DNA from: Acidobacteriota bacterium
GTDB lineage: Bacteria > Acidobacteriota > UBA890 > WLXD01
Assembly (NCBI GenBank): GCA_965205505.1
Contig: CBDBHB010000008.1
Location: 1,216,001-1,280,000 of the forward strand
Reading direction: 5' to 3'
Length of the DNA: 64,000 nt
Translations under genes and position numbers: made by a program
Shown here: positions 10,320-23,335 of the stretch, one piece after another
How the letters are laid out: each line of letters opens with the position of its first letter
How positions within the stretch are numbered: the first letter of the stretch is position 1
The notes under the pieces: model-generated
What the model saw: only the letters and a program-made list of their open reading frames with translations
The model's database searches: none
Told to the model about the DNA's origin: nothing

Positions 10320-11750
10320 ATGGAATTCATCACCGGGAAACACCTCTCGCGGCGCTCGTTCATCCGGGGTACGGGTGTGAGCGTGGCGCTGCCCTTCCTC
10401 GACGCGATGGTGCCCGCCGGGCGGATCTGGCGAGACAGCACCCGCGAGCCTGGCTTCACGCGTCTGGTGTGCATCGAGGAGTCGATGGGCGCCGCCGGCT
10501 GCAGCGATTGGGGCGACGCCCGGCATCTGTTCGCTCCCGCCCAGGTCGGCCGCGATTTCGAGCTCGTCACGGACAGCCAGCTCGCGCCGCTAGCGGAATT
10601 CCGGGAGTACATGACGATCGTTAGCAATACCGATTGCCGGCCGGCCGAGGCGTTCCGTGCGCAGGAGATCGGCGGCGATCACGAGCGGTCGACGGCGGTG
10701 TTCCTGACCCAGGCGCACCCGAAGCAGACCCAGAGCTCGGACATCTACCTCGGCACGTCGCTCGACCAGCTCCACGCGCAGCGCTTCGGGCGTGACACCG
10801 CGCTCGCGTCACTCGAGCTCTGCATCGAGGGCATCGACCGTGGCGGTGGCTGCGCCTACAACTACCACTGCGCGTACACGGACTCGTTGGCCTGGGCATC
10901 GCCCAACCAGCCGCTGCCGGCGATCCGGGAGCCTAGGGTGGTGTTCGAACGGCTGTTCGGTGCCGGGGACACTCCCGAAGACCGGGCCGCCCGACGCCGT
11001 ACGAACCGGAGCATGATCGACTGGATCGTGACCGAGGTGGCGCGGCTCAAGCGAAGCCTGGGAGCGGTGGATCGTGTAGCACTGGACCAATACGTGGAGC
11101 ACATCCGCGAGATCGAGCGCCGCATCCAGCTCGTCGAGGCTCGCAACAGCAGCGGCGAGGAGCGGAGGATGCCCGAAGCACCTTCCGGCGTACCCGACTC
11201 GTTCGAAGAGCACATGCAACTGATGTTCGATCTACAGGTGCTCGCGCTACAGAGCGATCTGACCCGCGTCATCACGTTCAAGACCGGATTCGATCAGTCG
11301 AACCGCACCTTCCCGCGGAGCGGCACCACGAAGTCGATCCACGGGGCCTCCCACCACGGCAACGTGCCCGCGGAGGTCATGGACTTCCACAAGATCAACA
11401 GGTACCGCCTCGGCCAACTCAGATACTTCCTCGAGAAGATGCGCGATACGGTCGAGGGAGAGGCGTCGCTGCTGGACAAGACAGCGATCGTCTGGGGGTC
11501 CGCGATGGCCGATCCCAACCTCCACAACCACCGTCGCAATCCGCTTCTGCTCCTGGGTCATGCCAACGGAGCGCTCGAAGGAGGACTGCATGTACGGGCC
11601 CCCGAGGGCACGCCGATGGCGAACGCGCTCCTCAGCCTGATGCGGGAGATCGGGCACGAAGAGATGGGGACGTTCGGCGACAGCAACGGGGCGTTCGCGC
11701 TGGGCTTGCCGCGTGGGGCCGCCCCCGCCAACAGGAGCGACGTGGAATGA
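10320..11750 (+). CDS. DUF1552 (HxxSHH) protein, Tat-like leader
   Basis: LSRRSFIRG leader, LPFLDAM, HGASHH motif; usual partner of the DUF1592 gene. Confidence 0.88.
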   Translation: MEFITGKHLSRRSFIRGTGVSVALPFLDAMVPAGRIWRDSTREPGFTRLVCIEESMGAAGCSDWGDARHLFAPAQVGRDFELVTDSQLAPLAEFREYMTIVSNTDCRPAEAFRAQEIGGDHERSTAVFLTQAHPKQTQSSDIYLGTSLDQLHAQRFGRDTALASLELCIEGIDRGGGCAYNYHCAYTDSLAWASPNQPLPAIREPRVVFERLFGAGDTPEDRAARRRTNRSMIDWIVTEVARLKRSLGAVDRVALDQYVEHIREIERRIQLVEARNSSGEERRMPEAPSGVPDSFEEHMQLMFDLQVLALQSDLTRVITFKTGFDQSNRTFPRSGTTKSIHGASHHGNVPAEVMDFHKINRYRLGQLRYFLEKMRDTVEGEASLLDKTAIVWGSAMADPNLHNHRRNPLLLLGHANGALEGGLHVRAPEGTPMANALLSLMREIGHEEMGTFGDSNGAFALGLPRGAAPANRSDVE

Positions 11751-13711
11751 GCGCGCGCCCGCTCGGCTCGGTGAGGCCGCTGGTCCTGGTCGGCCTGGTA
11801 ACCCTTCTTTGCGGCGCCGCCTTCTCGCCCGACACCCCGCTCATCGATGCGGCGCGCAACGGAGACGCCGACGCCGTCGGCGCGCTTCTCGATCGTGGTG
11901 CCGAGGTGAACGCGGCGCAGGGCGACGGCATGACCGCTCTGCATTGGGCCGCCGACCGCGGCCACGTTGCGGTTGCCGAACACCTGATCTCGGCATCCGC
12001 CGATGTCGGAGCGAAGACGCGGATCGGCGGCTACACGCCGCTACATCTGGCCAGCCGTGGAGGGCGCGGCGCGATCGTCCGCATGCTGCTGGAGGTGGGG
12101 AGCGACCCCGACGCGATCACCTCGAGCAGCGGTGTGACGCCGCTGCACCTCGCCGCAGCGGCGATCGGCGGCACCGACGCGGTTGCTGCCCTTCTGGCTC
12201 ACGGTGCGGACCCCAACGTCCTGGAATGGTCGGCCGGGCAGACTCCGCTGATGTTTGCCGCCGGATCCGGTCGCGCCGGGGCCGTGCGGAAGCTCCTCGC
12301 GGCCGGCGCGGACTCCGGAATCAGCACTCAGGTCGTGGACGTTCTGCCGCGCCTGGCGCTGGATCGCGAGGCCAGGCGGCGCCTACAGGAGATGGTCGGC
12401 GAATCGCAGGCCACTGCGGACCGCTACGGCGCGGGGACAGAAAACGCTGTGACTGTGGAGCCGGATCCTGCCGACGTCCAGGCGGCCATTCGCGCCCAGC
12501 GCGAGTTCCTGCGTTCCGGCTACGATGTCGGCGAGGTCGACCCATACTCGCTGGCACGCGTCCGCCCCGACTACCCTGGGGGCCCCGACGTCGTGCGACC
12601 CCCCTATCGGGAGACCCTGGTCGCAATAACCGGCGGCATGACAGCGCTCTTGCACGCGGCTCGGGAGGGCCACATCGAAGCTGCCGTGGCGCTTCTCGAT
12701 GGCGGCGCAGACGTCAACCAGGTGAGCGACGGAGATCGAACCAGCGCGCTGCTGATGGCGGCGCTCAACGGCCAGTTCGATCTCGCACTGATTCTTCTCG
12801 AGGCAGGTGCGGATCCCGACCTGGCCGCGTCCACCGATGGAGCCGCGCCCCTGTTCGCCGTGCTACAGACACAGTGGGCTCCGAAGTCGAACTACCCCCA
12901 GCCGCGGGCGCAGGATGATCAGCGGTCGGAGTACATGGAAGTGCTTGAGGCCCTGCTCGCCGCCGGCGCCGATCCCGACGTCCGGCTCAACACACATCTG
13001 TGGTACTGGGAGTTCGGGCTCACGAAGATGGGGCTCGATCTGACCGGCGCCACGCCGTTCTGGCGCGCCGCGTTCGCCCAGGATCTCGAGGCCATGAAAC
13101 TACTCGCGGCGCATGGCGCCGATCCGAACATCCCGACTCGTTGGCCAGCGGTCGGGATGCGCGAGCGACGTCAGCAAGACGGGCGACAGCAGGAAGACTC
13201 GCGCCTGCCCTACATCCCCGAGGGGGCGCCCAACGCCTATTCGATCCACGCTGCGGCGGGCGGCGCATACATCGGGCTCGGCGCCTTCAGCGTGCGGAGC
13301 GCGCCGGCGCAGTTTCTTCCGGCGGTCAAGTACCTGGTCGAGGAGCACGGCGCCGACGTCAACCTCGCTGACTCCTGGCTCTACACGCCGCTCCACTACG
13401 CAGCATCGCGTGGGGACAACGAGCTAATCGAATACCTCGTAGCGCAGGGCGCCGAGGTCAACGCGATCACCCGACTGGGCCAGTCGACTGCCGACATGGC
13501 GCGCGGCGGGCAAGGCGGGTTCTTCGTGCGCGTCGCGTACCCGGAGACGGTGGAGCTGCTCACGAGCCTGGGCTCGACGCTCGAATGCCTCAACACGCAT
13601 TTCCTTGGCACCGGGGACGTCTGCGCGGGCGCCGGCGTCAACGACCCGTGGGCGCCGCCAGCGGATGGTGACGAGTCTGCGCCATCGCGTAAGTCAAAGA
13701 CACCGCGCTAG
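11747..13711 (+). CDS. Secreted ankyrin-repeat protein
   Basis: Many G-x-T-[AP]-L-H ankyrin repeats, signal peptide, ATGA overlap with DUF1552 gene. Confidence 0.9.
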   Translation: MSARPLGSVRPLVLVGLVTLLCGAAFSPDTPLIDAARNGDADAVGALLDRGAEVNAAQGDGMTALHWAADRGHVAVAEHLISASADVGAKTRIGGYTPLHLASRGGRGAIVRMLLEVGSDPDAITSSSGVTPLHLAAAAIGGTDAVAALLAHGADPNVLEWSAGQTPLMFAAGSGRAGAVRKLLAAGADSGISTQVVDVLPRLALDREARRRLQEMVGESQATADRYGAGTENAVTVEPDPADVQAAIRAQREFLRSGYDVGEVDPYSLARVRPDYPGGPDVVRPPYRETLVAITGGMTALLHAAREGHIEAAVALLDGGADVNQVSDGDRTSALLMAALNGQFDLALILLEAGADPDLAASTDGAAPLFAVLQTQWAPKSNYPQPRAQDDQRSEYMEVLEALLAAGADPDVRLNTHLWYWEFGLTKMGLDLTGATPFWRAAFAQDLEAMKLLAAHGADPNIPTRWPAVGMRERRQQDGRQQEDSRLPYIPEGAPNAYSIHAAAGGAYIGLGAFSVRSAPAQFLPAVKYLVEEHGADVNLADSWLYTPLHYAASRGDNELIEYLVAQGAEVNAITRLGQSTADMARGGQGGFFVRVAYPETVELLTSLGSTLECLNTHFLGTGDVCAGAGVNDPWAPPADGDESAPSRKSKTPR

Positions 13712-13757
13712 CGCCTTGGCCGACGCGCGTGACCCTCTGACTCCTCAGGGAGAGACC

Positions 13758-14008
13758 GTGAAAACTCCCGCTCGTCTTCATGTGCATCTGCGCGGCCGTA
13801 TTGCCGGCCTGCGCGGGCGAGAACCAAGCAGCCGCGCCACTCCCGGCTTCAGACGGATCGATCACCAAGGGCGGCGACGACAGGACGGGTCACTACGACG
13901 CCGTGGAGGGGTGGTGGAAACAAGCCCCGAACCACGAACAAGTTCGTCCCCAAACCGGACGCTGACCCGAGCAAGCTCCTGGGCAGACGGCTACTGCTGA
14001 CGAACTGA
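13758..14008 (+). pseudogene. Internally deleted NHL-repeat/propeller lipoprotein remnant
   Basis: Lipoprotein-like N-terminus (..AAVLPAC..KGGDDRTGHYDAVEGWWKQAPNH) joined out of frame to a C-terminus-like KFVPKPDADPSKLLG; an extra A after the GTG start also shifts the frame. Confidence 0.55.
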
Positions 14009-14066
14009 GAGCGTGCTTCAGTCCTGGTATCGCATCCGGGCCCTGAACGAAAGGGAGACGAGACAG

Positions 14067-15407
14067 ATGTGTGATACAGCCTTACATCCGACAGCCAATC
14101 GAGCCCGCCTGCCACAGCGACGCAGGCGATCCGGCTGGACGACGCTAGCGGCGCTGAGCATTCTGGCGATCGCGTCGCTGGCGGGCGGCTCGATTCCCGG
14201 CCAGGAGCTATGGGACGCGAGCCTTGGCGGCGATCTCGTTAGCAACGGCGCCGTGATAACGCATCGAGGTAACGTCTATGCGACCTTCACGGTCGATGAC
14301 GGACAAGTTACCGTCGCCTACGACTCCGATGGCCAGCGACTCTGGGACCGCGAGACCTCCGAGGTCGAGACGCGCGTACTTGTAGCGAGGAAGAGGCAGG
14401 TCTTCGTAATGGGCAATCACGAGGGCGACGACCCCGACATGATTGACGTCACCGCTTTCGACGCGGCGACCGGTGCGACCCAATGGCACCAACGGGTCGA
14501 TGTGAACAGGCAATCAGGCGCCAGCGGGATGGCCGCGATCCGAGGCAAGTTGTACGTGGCTGGCGCCGTGGAAAGTCCGGAGAACGACCTCACGTTCCGA
14601 GGTTTCCTGCAGATCTACAATGCCGCGGACGGCGCGGTTATCGACAACGTGATACTCGACGAGGAATCGGGATTCTCCAGCATCGCGACAAAAGGGAATC
14701 GGATTTTTGTCGCGGGCGCCGCCGAGGCGGTCACCACCACGCGCGGTCGCGTAGACGACTTCGCGTTCCTGGTGCAATCTCGCAACGGTGACACATTGGA
14801 GCTCCTCTGGGAGCAGATAGTCAACCTCGAAGATCGAAGAGATTTGGCCGGCTTCATCGTCGCGAAAGGAAAACGAGTGTACGTTGCCGGAAGGAGCGAG
14901 GACACAACCGGTCTGGGTGTGGTCGGCCTTCTGGTGGCCGCGCTGGACGCGGCGACGGGCGCGGAACTGTGGACCTACACCTTCGATGACGACACGAGCG
15001 ACGCGGAGTTCATATCGATGGCGTTCCGCGGCGGGAAGGTGTTCGTGTCGATGACCGTCGACGACACCGGGATCGTCACGGCGCTACGGGGACGTGACGG
15101 CCATGAGCTGTGGCAGGTCACCGAGAAACTCGGCGAAGCGACGTCGTTCCGGGCCGTCGCCGCCGGGAAGGGCATCGTCGTCGCCGTCGGGGATGATGAG
15201 AAGGCGGATGGGTCCCGTACATTGCTGGTCGTGGGCTTCAATCCGAAGACCGGTGCCGGGCTGTGGCTGGCCGAAGCGGGCGAGACGGGCGGAAGCGCCG
15301 AAGCCGCGGCGGTCACGGGAGGCAGGGAGGCTGTGTTCGTGACCGGCCAAGTCAGGGCGCCGGGCTCCTCCGCAGAAATGACCACACGAGCGTACGCAAC
15401 CAAGTGA
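14067..15407 (+). CDS. PQQ-like beta-propeller repeat protein, exported
   Basis: Repeated A-x-D-x-x-T-G-x-x-x-W blades and a hydrophobic N-terminal segment. Confidence 0.75.
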   Translation: MCDTALHPTANRARLPQRRRRSGWTTLAALSILAIASLAGGSIPGQELWDASLGGDLVSNGAVITHRGNVYATFTVDDGQVTVAYDSDGQRLWDRETSEVETRVLVARKRQVFVMGNHEGDDPDMIDVTAFDAATGATQWHQRVDVNRQSGASGMAAIRGKLYVAGAVESPENDLTFRGFLQIYNAADGAVIDNVILDEESGFSSIATKGNRIFVAGAAEAVTTTRGRVDDFAFLVQSRNGDTLELLWEQIVNLEDRRDLAGFIVAKGKRVYVAGRSEDTTGLGVVGLLVAALDAATGAELWTYTFDDDTSDAEFISMAFRGGKVFVSMTVDDTGIVTALRGRDGHELWQVTEKLGEATSFRAVAAGKGIVVAVGDDEKADGSRTLLVVGFNPKTGAGLWLAEAGETGGSAEAAAVTGGREAVFVTGQVRAPGSSAEMTTRAYATK

Positions 15408-15479
15408 CGCCGTCGCGGATGCCGGCGCGTGCCTGCCACGCACGCAGGCCGTCCGCCCCTCAGGAACAGACAAGAGACC

Positions 15480-16413
15480 CGCTGAAACTGCTCCTGATTG
15501 GCTCGCTGTGCCTGGCGAACGCCTACGCCCCGCGTGGCATCGACAGGGAGAGCGCAACCCCGCGTCCCAACATCATCTTCGTGATGGCCGACGACCTCGG
15601 CTACGGCGACCTCGGAGCTACGACCAGGAGCTGATCGAAACGCCGAACCTGGATCGAATGGCGCAGGAGGGCATCCGGTTCCGTTCCTTCTACGCCGGCA
15701 GCACGGTGTGTGCTCCTTCCAGGAGCGTCCTGATGACCGGTCTGCAAAGCGGCGATGATCACGCGCCTGGATCGCGACGTCGGCCGGATCCTGGAGAAGC
15801 TCTCCGCCCTGGGCATCGACAGGCGCACCGTCGTGCTGTTCACCAGCGACAACGGCCCACACGACGAGGGCGGCCACGACACCGAGCGCTTCACGCCCGG
15901 CGGTCCGTTGCGCGGCATGAAACGGGATCTTTACGAGGGCGGCATTCGCGTCCCGCTGATCGTCCGCTGGCCGGGAACGGCACTGGCCGGCGCGATCACC
16001 GACCACGTCGGGTACTTCGGCGACCTGATGGCGACGGCAGCCGACTGGGCCGGGGTCGACGTGCCTCCCGACCTGGATTCGATCAGCCTCGCTCCAACCA
16101 TCGCCGGGCAATTCGACCGCCAACAGGATCACGAGTACCTTACTGGGAGTCCGACGAGCGCGGCGGCAAGCAGGCGGTGCGCCACCAGAACTGGAAGGCC
16201 GTCCGGCGTCCGATGTTCACGGGCCCGACCGAGCTCTACGATCTCGATGAGGATCTGGGCGAGGCGCATGATCTGGCCGCCCAGCGCCCCGACCTGGTGG
16301 CCCGGCTGGAGGCGATGATGACCGAGGCCCACGTCGACCATCCGAACTGGCGAGTATCCGGAGAACCGGAAGCGGAACAGCCTCGGCCTGGTGACGGCAG
16401 GCCGCGTTTCTGA
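15480..16413 (+). pseudogene. Arylsulfatase pseudogene (frameshifts plus large internal deletion)
   Basis: [40 protein letters not shown] and ELYDL pieces lie in different frames; the region between LMTGL and AMITRLDRD is missing. Confidence 0.85.
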
Positions 16414-16468
16414 GAAGCTAGCCCGGCTCACAACCGCAGACAACAGCAGTCCTACGGAGAGGGAAACG

Positions 16469-16957
16469 ATGTCCGACGAGCCGGTTCGTTACGAGGGAAG
16501 GTGCGCGTGCGGAGCCGTGAAGGTCACCGCCACCGGCAAGCCTACCGCCGCCGGCTACTGTCACTGTGAGTCGTGTCGTCGGTGGCACACGGCTCCGATC
16601 AATGCCTGGGCCGCGTGGGCGGGCGACGCCGTCACCATCACCCAGGGCGAGGACGAGCTCGTCCGGTTCGATACCCGCGATCAGGGCGGCTCCAACGTTC
16701 GCTGCTCGTGTGGCCGGTGCGGCTCGGGGGTGATGAACCAGCGACACGACGGCGTGACGGTAGTCTACCCGTCGGCGCTGCACGGCTCCGGCTTCGAGCA
16801 TGATCCGATGGTGCACATCCACTACCAAGAGCGTGTCCTCGACGTCAACGACGGCTTGCCCAAGTTCGCCGACAGCCCGGCGGAGTATGGCGGATCCGGG
16901 AAGATGATCGAGGAGCCAACTCGTACCGGGCCGTCGAGCGGCCAGGAAGCGTCGTGA
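16469..16957 (+). CDS. GFA / CENP-V family zinc protein
   Basis: GRCACGAV, YCHCESCRR, CGRCGS motifs. Confidence 0.88.
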   Translation: MSDEPVRYEGRCACGAVKVTATGKPTAAGYCHCESCRRWHTAPINAWAAWAGDAVTITQGEDELVRFDTRDQGGSNVRCSCGRCGSGVMNQRHDGVTVVYPSALHGSGFEHDPMVHIHYQERVLDVNDGLPKFADSPAEYGGSGKMIEEPTRTGPSSGQEAS

Positions 16958-17034
16958 CGTCGTCCTGAAGGCGCGGCTCGGCGACTGCCCCGGACCGGCA
17001 GCGTGGGTTCGTACCAGTGCTCGCAGCGCGGTGG

Positions 17035-18324
17035 TCAGTGCCAGTCGATCCGATGCGCGCTGGCAATCGCTTCGATGCGTGCGGGTGGGACGCCTGCTGT
17101 GGCGGCGAACTGCGTCCACCGCGCCACCGTCGTCGATACCTGGTCGAGGATCGCCCGCGCTTGACCTCGCCGCAGCAGGGCGAGCTTGCCGACGGCCTCG
17201 AAGTCGGCCGCCTCGAAGCCGTCGCGCTTGCCGTTGAGGCTCATCTGCTGCTCGGCAGTCCACGCCCCGTCCGGGTTGTAGCTGTAGGTGACGTCGAAGG
17301 CCGGGGCGAGCCACCAGTTGCCGGCCCGGTCCATCAGGAACGCAATGTTCTTGACGTGATCGTCCTGGTTGCGCGCCACGATGTTGAACACCATGCGCCG
17401 AAACATCTGCTCGCGGCTGGCCGCGGGTAGATCGAGTCGCGCCACTACCTCGAACGCCTGCTCGTACGAGTGTGCTCCGGCAAGATTGAAGTCGTAGTGG
17501 GTAATCGCTCCCAGCGACTGCATGTGGAGCTTGTGCCCGGCCGCAGTCCGGTCGAAGCGGCGCGTGAGGAAATGATGTCGCGGCCCTTCGTCGAGGACCC
17601 GGCACTCGGCCATCTCGATGCCCGCCTCGACCGCCATGAGGTGATACGCGTATTCGATCAGACCGTAGCCGGGGGGGTCCTCAAGCTCCCTATCCCGGTT
17701 GCCGGCGACACCATCGAACTTCAGGATCCAGTGAGAAAAGCCAACAGGCGCATCGAGCTGCCCGGACCGCACCTCGCCGGTGTCGGGATTCCACGTGATC
17801 ACCGCCTTGGCGCGGGCGCCACCTGCCGAAGTACCGACGCGCAGGATCTGCCCCAACCCGTCGGCGTCGAGCACATGCGCGAGATCCTGCCGTTGCGAAA
17901 GCACCGCGCTTGCCAGCTCGACGAGATGGTCCACTTGGAGTCTCTCGTCCGCCGTGGCGCTGGGACCGAGCACCGGTCGGAACTCCAGCGCACCCATCCC
18001 ACGTCGACCCACGTAGCAGAGTCGCTCGACGGCATGGAAGTCGGCCGCGGCGCGCCCTTGTGCGGCCAGCCAGGCGTCGATCAGCGCGTTGCCGAAGAGG
18101 TCGGGCAGGGAGTCGGCCAGCAGACCAGGCAGCCCTTGGAAGGTCTCCCGCGACAAACCAGGGAACGAGTAGATCCTCGCACCCAGCGGCATCGTCAGCG
18201 GCGCGACTTGAATCCCACTGGCACGGAACGCCTCGGCATACTCGAAAAACGCCAACGCCTGGCCGGGGTCCCACGAAACCGCGCCCACCGTTCGACCCCA
18301 GAGACGGACCTCGGCGAGGGTCAC
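17035..18324 (-). CDS. hipA: HipA-family kinase toxin
   Basis: N-terminal couple domain (LADSLPD), SAGGARAKA P-loop, RRFDR, NQDDHVKN, LAPAFD. Confidence 0.92.
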   Translation of the reverse strand: MTLAEVRLWGRTVGAVSWDPGQALAFFEYAEAFRASGIQVAPLTMPLGARIYSFPGLSRETFQGLPGLLADSLPDLFGNALIDAWLAAQGRAAADFHAVERLCYVGRRGMGALEFRPVLGPSATADERLQVDHLVELASAVLSQRQDLAHVLDADGLGQILRVGTSAGGARAKAVITWNPDTGEVRSGQLDAPVGFSHWILKFDGVAGNRDRELEDPPGYGLIEYAYHLMAVEAGIEMAECRVLDEGPRHHFLTRRFDRTAAGHKLHMQSLGAITHYDFNLAGAHSYEQAFEVVARLDLPAASREQMFRRMVFNIVARNQDDHVKNIAFLMDRAGNWWLAPAFDVTYSYNPDGAWTAEQQMSLNGKRDGFEAADFEAVGKLALLRRGQARAILDQVSTTVARWTQFAATAGVPPARIEAIASAHRIDWH

Positions 18325-18677
18325 CTCTCGTCACCCCATGTCCAGAGCTTGGCGGACAGCGCCTGATCGGAGCTCACGGAACCACGTGAGGCGCGCTGCT
18401 TGCGACGACCCATTGTCCGCAGCTGCAACATCGGGCTGACCGGCGGCTCGGGCACCAGCCCATCGAGGTTGCCGACCAGGTCGAGCGCCCGCAGCACCCG
18501 CAACAGATTCGTCAGGCTCGTCGACCTGCCGCGCTCGAGCCGCGAGACGGTCGGTACCGACACGCCAGCCTCCTCGGCCAGCCTCTCCTGAGACCAATCG
18601 CGGTTCAGCCGCTGCCGCGCAAGCCGCTCCCCTAGCCGCGCCAGAATCACCGTGTCGGATTCTGCAGATCGATACAT
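18321..18677 (-). CDS. HipB-like XRE HTH antitoxin
   Basis: SQERLAEEAGVSVPTVSRLERG helix-turn-helix; 4-nt overlap with hipA. Confidence 0.85.
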   Translation of the reverse strand: MYRSAESDTVILARLGERLARQRLNRDWSQERLAEEAGVSVPTVSRLERGRSTSLTNLLRVLRALDLVGNLDGLVPEPPVSPMLQLRTMGRRKQRASRGSVSSDQALSAKLWTWGDER

Positions 18678-18723
18678 AACAACTCAATTATGATTATTTA
18701 ATTAACTTTAGTCAATTAATAAA

Positions 18724-18741
<18 letters not shown>
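18676..18741. promoter_or_regulatory. AT-rich imperfect inverted repeat, probable hipBA promoter/operator
   Basis: ATAACAACTCAATTATGATTATTTAATTAACT (18676-18707) versus reverse complement of 18710-18741, ATAACAGATCAAATTTGATTTATTAATTGACT. Confidence 0.6.
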
Positions 18742-21513
<2,772 letters not shown>

Positions 21514-21643
21514 GGGGTCGATTCTAGCGCAGGGACCCGGCACCGGGGTGATGCACGCAACCACGTCGCAGTAAGGGCCCCCTGCTCCGATGACCGGGCG
21601 TTCTGATAGCCACCCCCCCTAACCCCGCCGTCTCGGGCAGCAC

Positions 21644-21787
21644 TCAGGCGAATAGACCTTTCAGGCGCCTCAGGCAACTGCCCCAGCCCTGCTCGTGCGC
21701 GCTGGTGGCCGCGTTGTTCGGGAACCCCTCTTGCGTGATCACCACCTCGGTGGATCCGCCCATGTCGTTGAGCTCGATCGTCACCAA
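21644..21787 (-). pseudogene. C-terminal remnant of SRPBCC/AHSA1-like gene truncated at a repeat element
   Basis: LVTIELNDMGGSTEVVITQEGFPNNAATSAHEQGWGSCLRRLKGLFA*; coding similarity stops where the family B repeat begins. Confidence 0.7.
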
Positions 21788-21917
21788 GGGGGTTGCGCGC
21801 GTATGCTGTGTCGTTCGTCGTCAACGATGGGGTAACCATCGCCTCCTCCTTTCTCCTTGCCTCCCCCTCGCAAGACCCTGTCGCCAGGCCCGCCACACTT
21901 CCACCACGGCCTGCTAG
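21787..21917 (+). repeat. Right half of MITE-like element, family B
   Basis: Matches about 29272-29401 and ends CCACGGCCTGCTAG, which contains the TAG stop of the serine hydrolase gene. Confidence 0.85.
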
Positions 21918-23335
21918 CGTACGCGCTCGAACCAAAGGTCGACGACGCGCCCGGCATCGAGCTCGAAGCCGCTGACGCGTCCAGACGAGGCGCGCTCGAA
22001 GCGGAACGCCACCGGCCATTCCTGGGCACGCATGCTATCGGGGCCCTCCGAGGCCAAGCGATCGCGCAGGCGGAGCGGAATCTCCCAGAACAGCTCGCCC
22101 TCCTCGATCTCAAGCACGTAGGTCACGCGTAGCTCGGGGCTCACGTAGCGCCCCTCGAAGTCACGTAGCTCCGCAACCGAGAGCGCGAACTCTGCCGGTC
22201 TGGGCGCCTCCGCCTCGACGGCAGCATCGGGTCCGCGCACACCCAGCTCGTCGGCCAGATACACGTCGGCCACCCGGCGCCCGAGCTCTGATGGGTTGGC
22301 GGTGGAGACATTGCAAAGAACGACGGCGGTGAAGCGGTGCTCGGGAAACCGCAGGATATCGGCACGGAAACCGACGAACGATCCACCGTGACTCACCAGG
22401 CGCGCGCCCCGATAGCTGCCATCGGTGATGCCGGCCGAGTACTCGACGGGCTCGCCGCTGGCCAGGGCGCCGGGTTGCAGCCAGCGCAGAATGAGCTCGG
22501 GCGACCCGGACCCGAGGCGGTTGTCGTAGAAGTTCCGGTCCCAAGCGAGCAGATCGTTGATGGTGGTGAACACGCCGCCATCACCCACGATCGGCAGCGT
22601 GGTCATGCTGACCGTGAACTCGTCGTCGACGGGCGCATAGCCGCTGGCGCGGTTCGGTACCAGCCGGGTGTGCTCGTCGTGGAAATGTGTCTGGCTCATT
22701 CCGAGCGGCGCGAAGATGCGTTCACCGGCGACTGCCGCCAAGCTCTGCCCGGTGACGCGCTCGACGATCTCGCCGAGCAGGAAGTACCCGGAGTTCGAGT
22801 ACAGATGCTCAGCGCCTGGTAGGAAGTTGAGATCGCGCTGACGCGCCAGCATCGCCAGGAGATCGGCCGCCGAATAGTAGTCGGCGTCGCGGTACCCGGC
22901 GAGCGCCATGAGGGTCAGATAATCGCGGATACCGCTGGTGTGATGGAGCAGCTGCCCGACCGAGATTTGGTCACCGAAACCACGCAGCTCCGAAATCCAC
23001 TGGCGAACGGGATCGTCGAGCGACAATCGGCCTTCTTCGGCCAGCAAGAGTACGATCATCGCCGTGAATTGCTTACTCACCGAGCCGGTTCTAAACACCG
23101 TGTCGGCATTGATCGGAACGGAGTGCTCGAGGTTGGCCATTCCATAGCCGCGACGGTAGATAAACTCACCATCGCGAATCATCCCGAGGGCGCAGCCCGG
23201 TGTTTGATCGCCATACGCGGCAAAGACCGCATCGACCTCGGGCATCGCCCCGGTCAGCGGTCGATCTACGGGAGCCGCGCAGCCAGTCACACACGCAAGC
23301 AGCGCAGCGCTCGGCACGAGGCGCCGCCAGGCCAC
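21914..23335 (-). CDS. Beta-lactamase-family serine hydrolase (lipoprotein-like)
   Basis: GSVSKQF (SxxK), LLHHTSGI, YSNSGY, SHGG. Confidence 0.9.
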   Translation of the reverse strand: MAWRRLVPSAALLACVTGCAAPVDRPLTGAMPEVDAVFAAYGDQTPGCALGMIRDGEFIYRRGYGMANLEHSVPINADTVFRTGSVSKQFTAMIVLLLAEEGRLSLDDPVRQWISELRGFGDQISVGQLLHHTSGIRDYLTLMALAGYRDADYYSAADLLAMLARQRDLNFLPGAEHLYSNSGYFLLGEIVERVTGQSLAAVAGERIFAPLGMSQTHFHDEHTRLVPNRASGYAPVDDEFTVSMTTLPIVGDGGVFTTINDLLAWDRNFYDNRLGSGSPELILRWLQPGALASGEPVEYSAGITDGSYRGARLVSHGGSFVGFRADILRFPEHRFTAVVLCNVSTANPSELGRRVADVYLADELGVRGPDAAVEAEAPRPAEFALSVAELRDFEGRYVSPELRVTYVLEIEEGELFWEIPLRLRDRLASEGPDSMRAQEWPVAFRFERASSGRVSGFELDAGRVVDLWFERVR

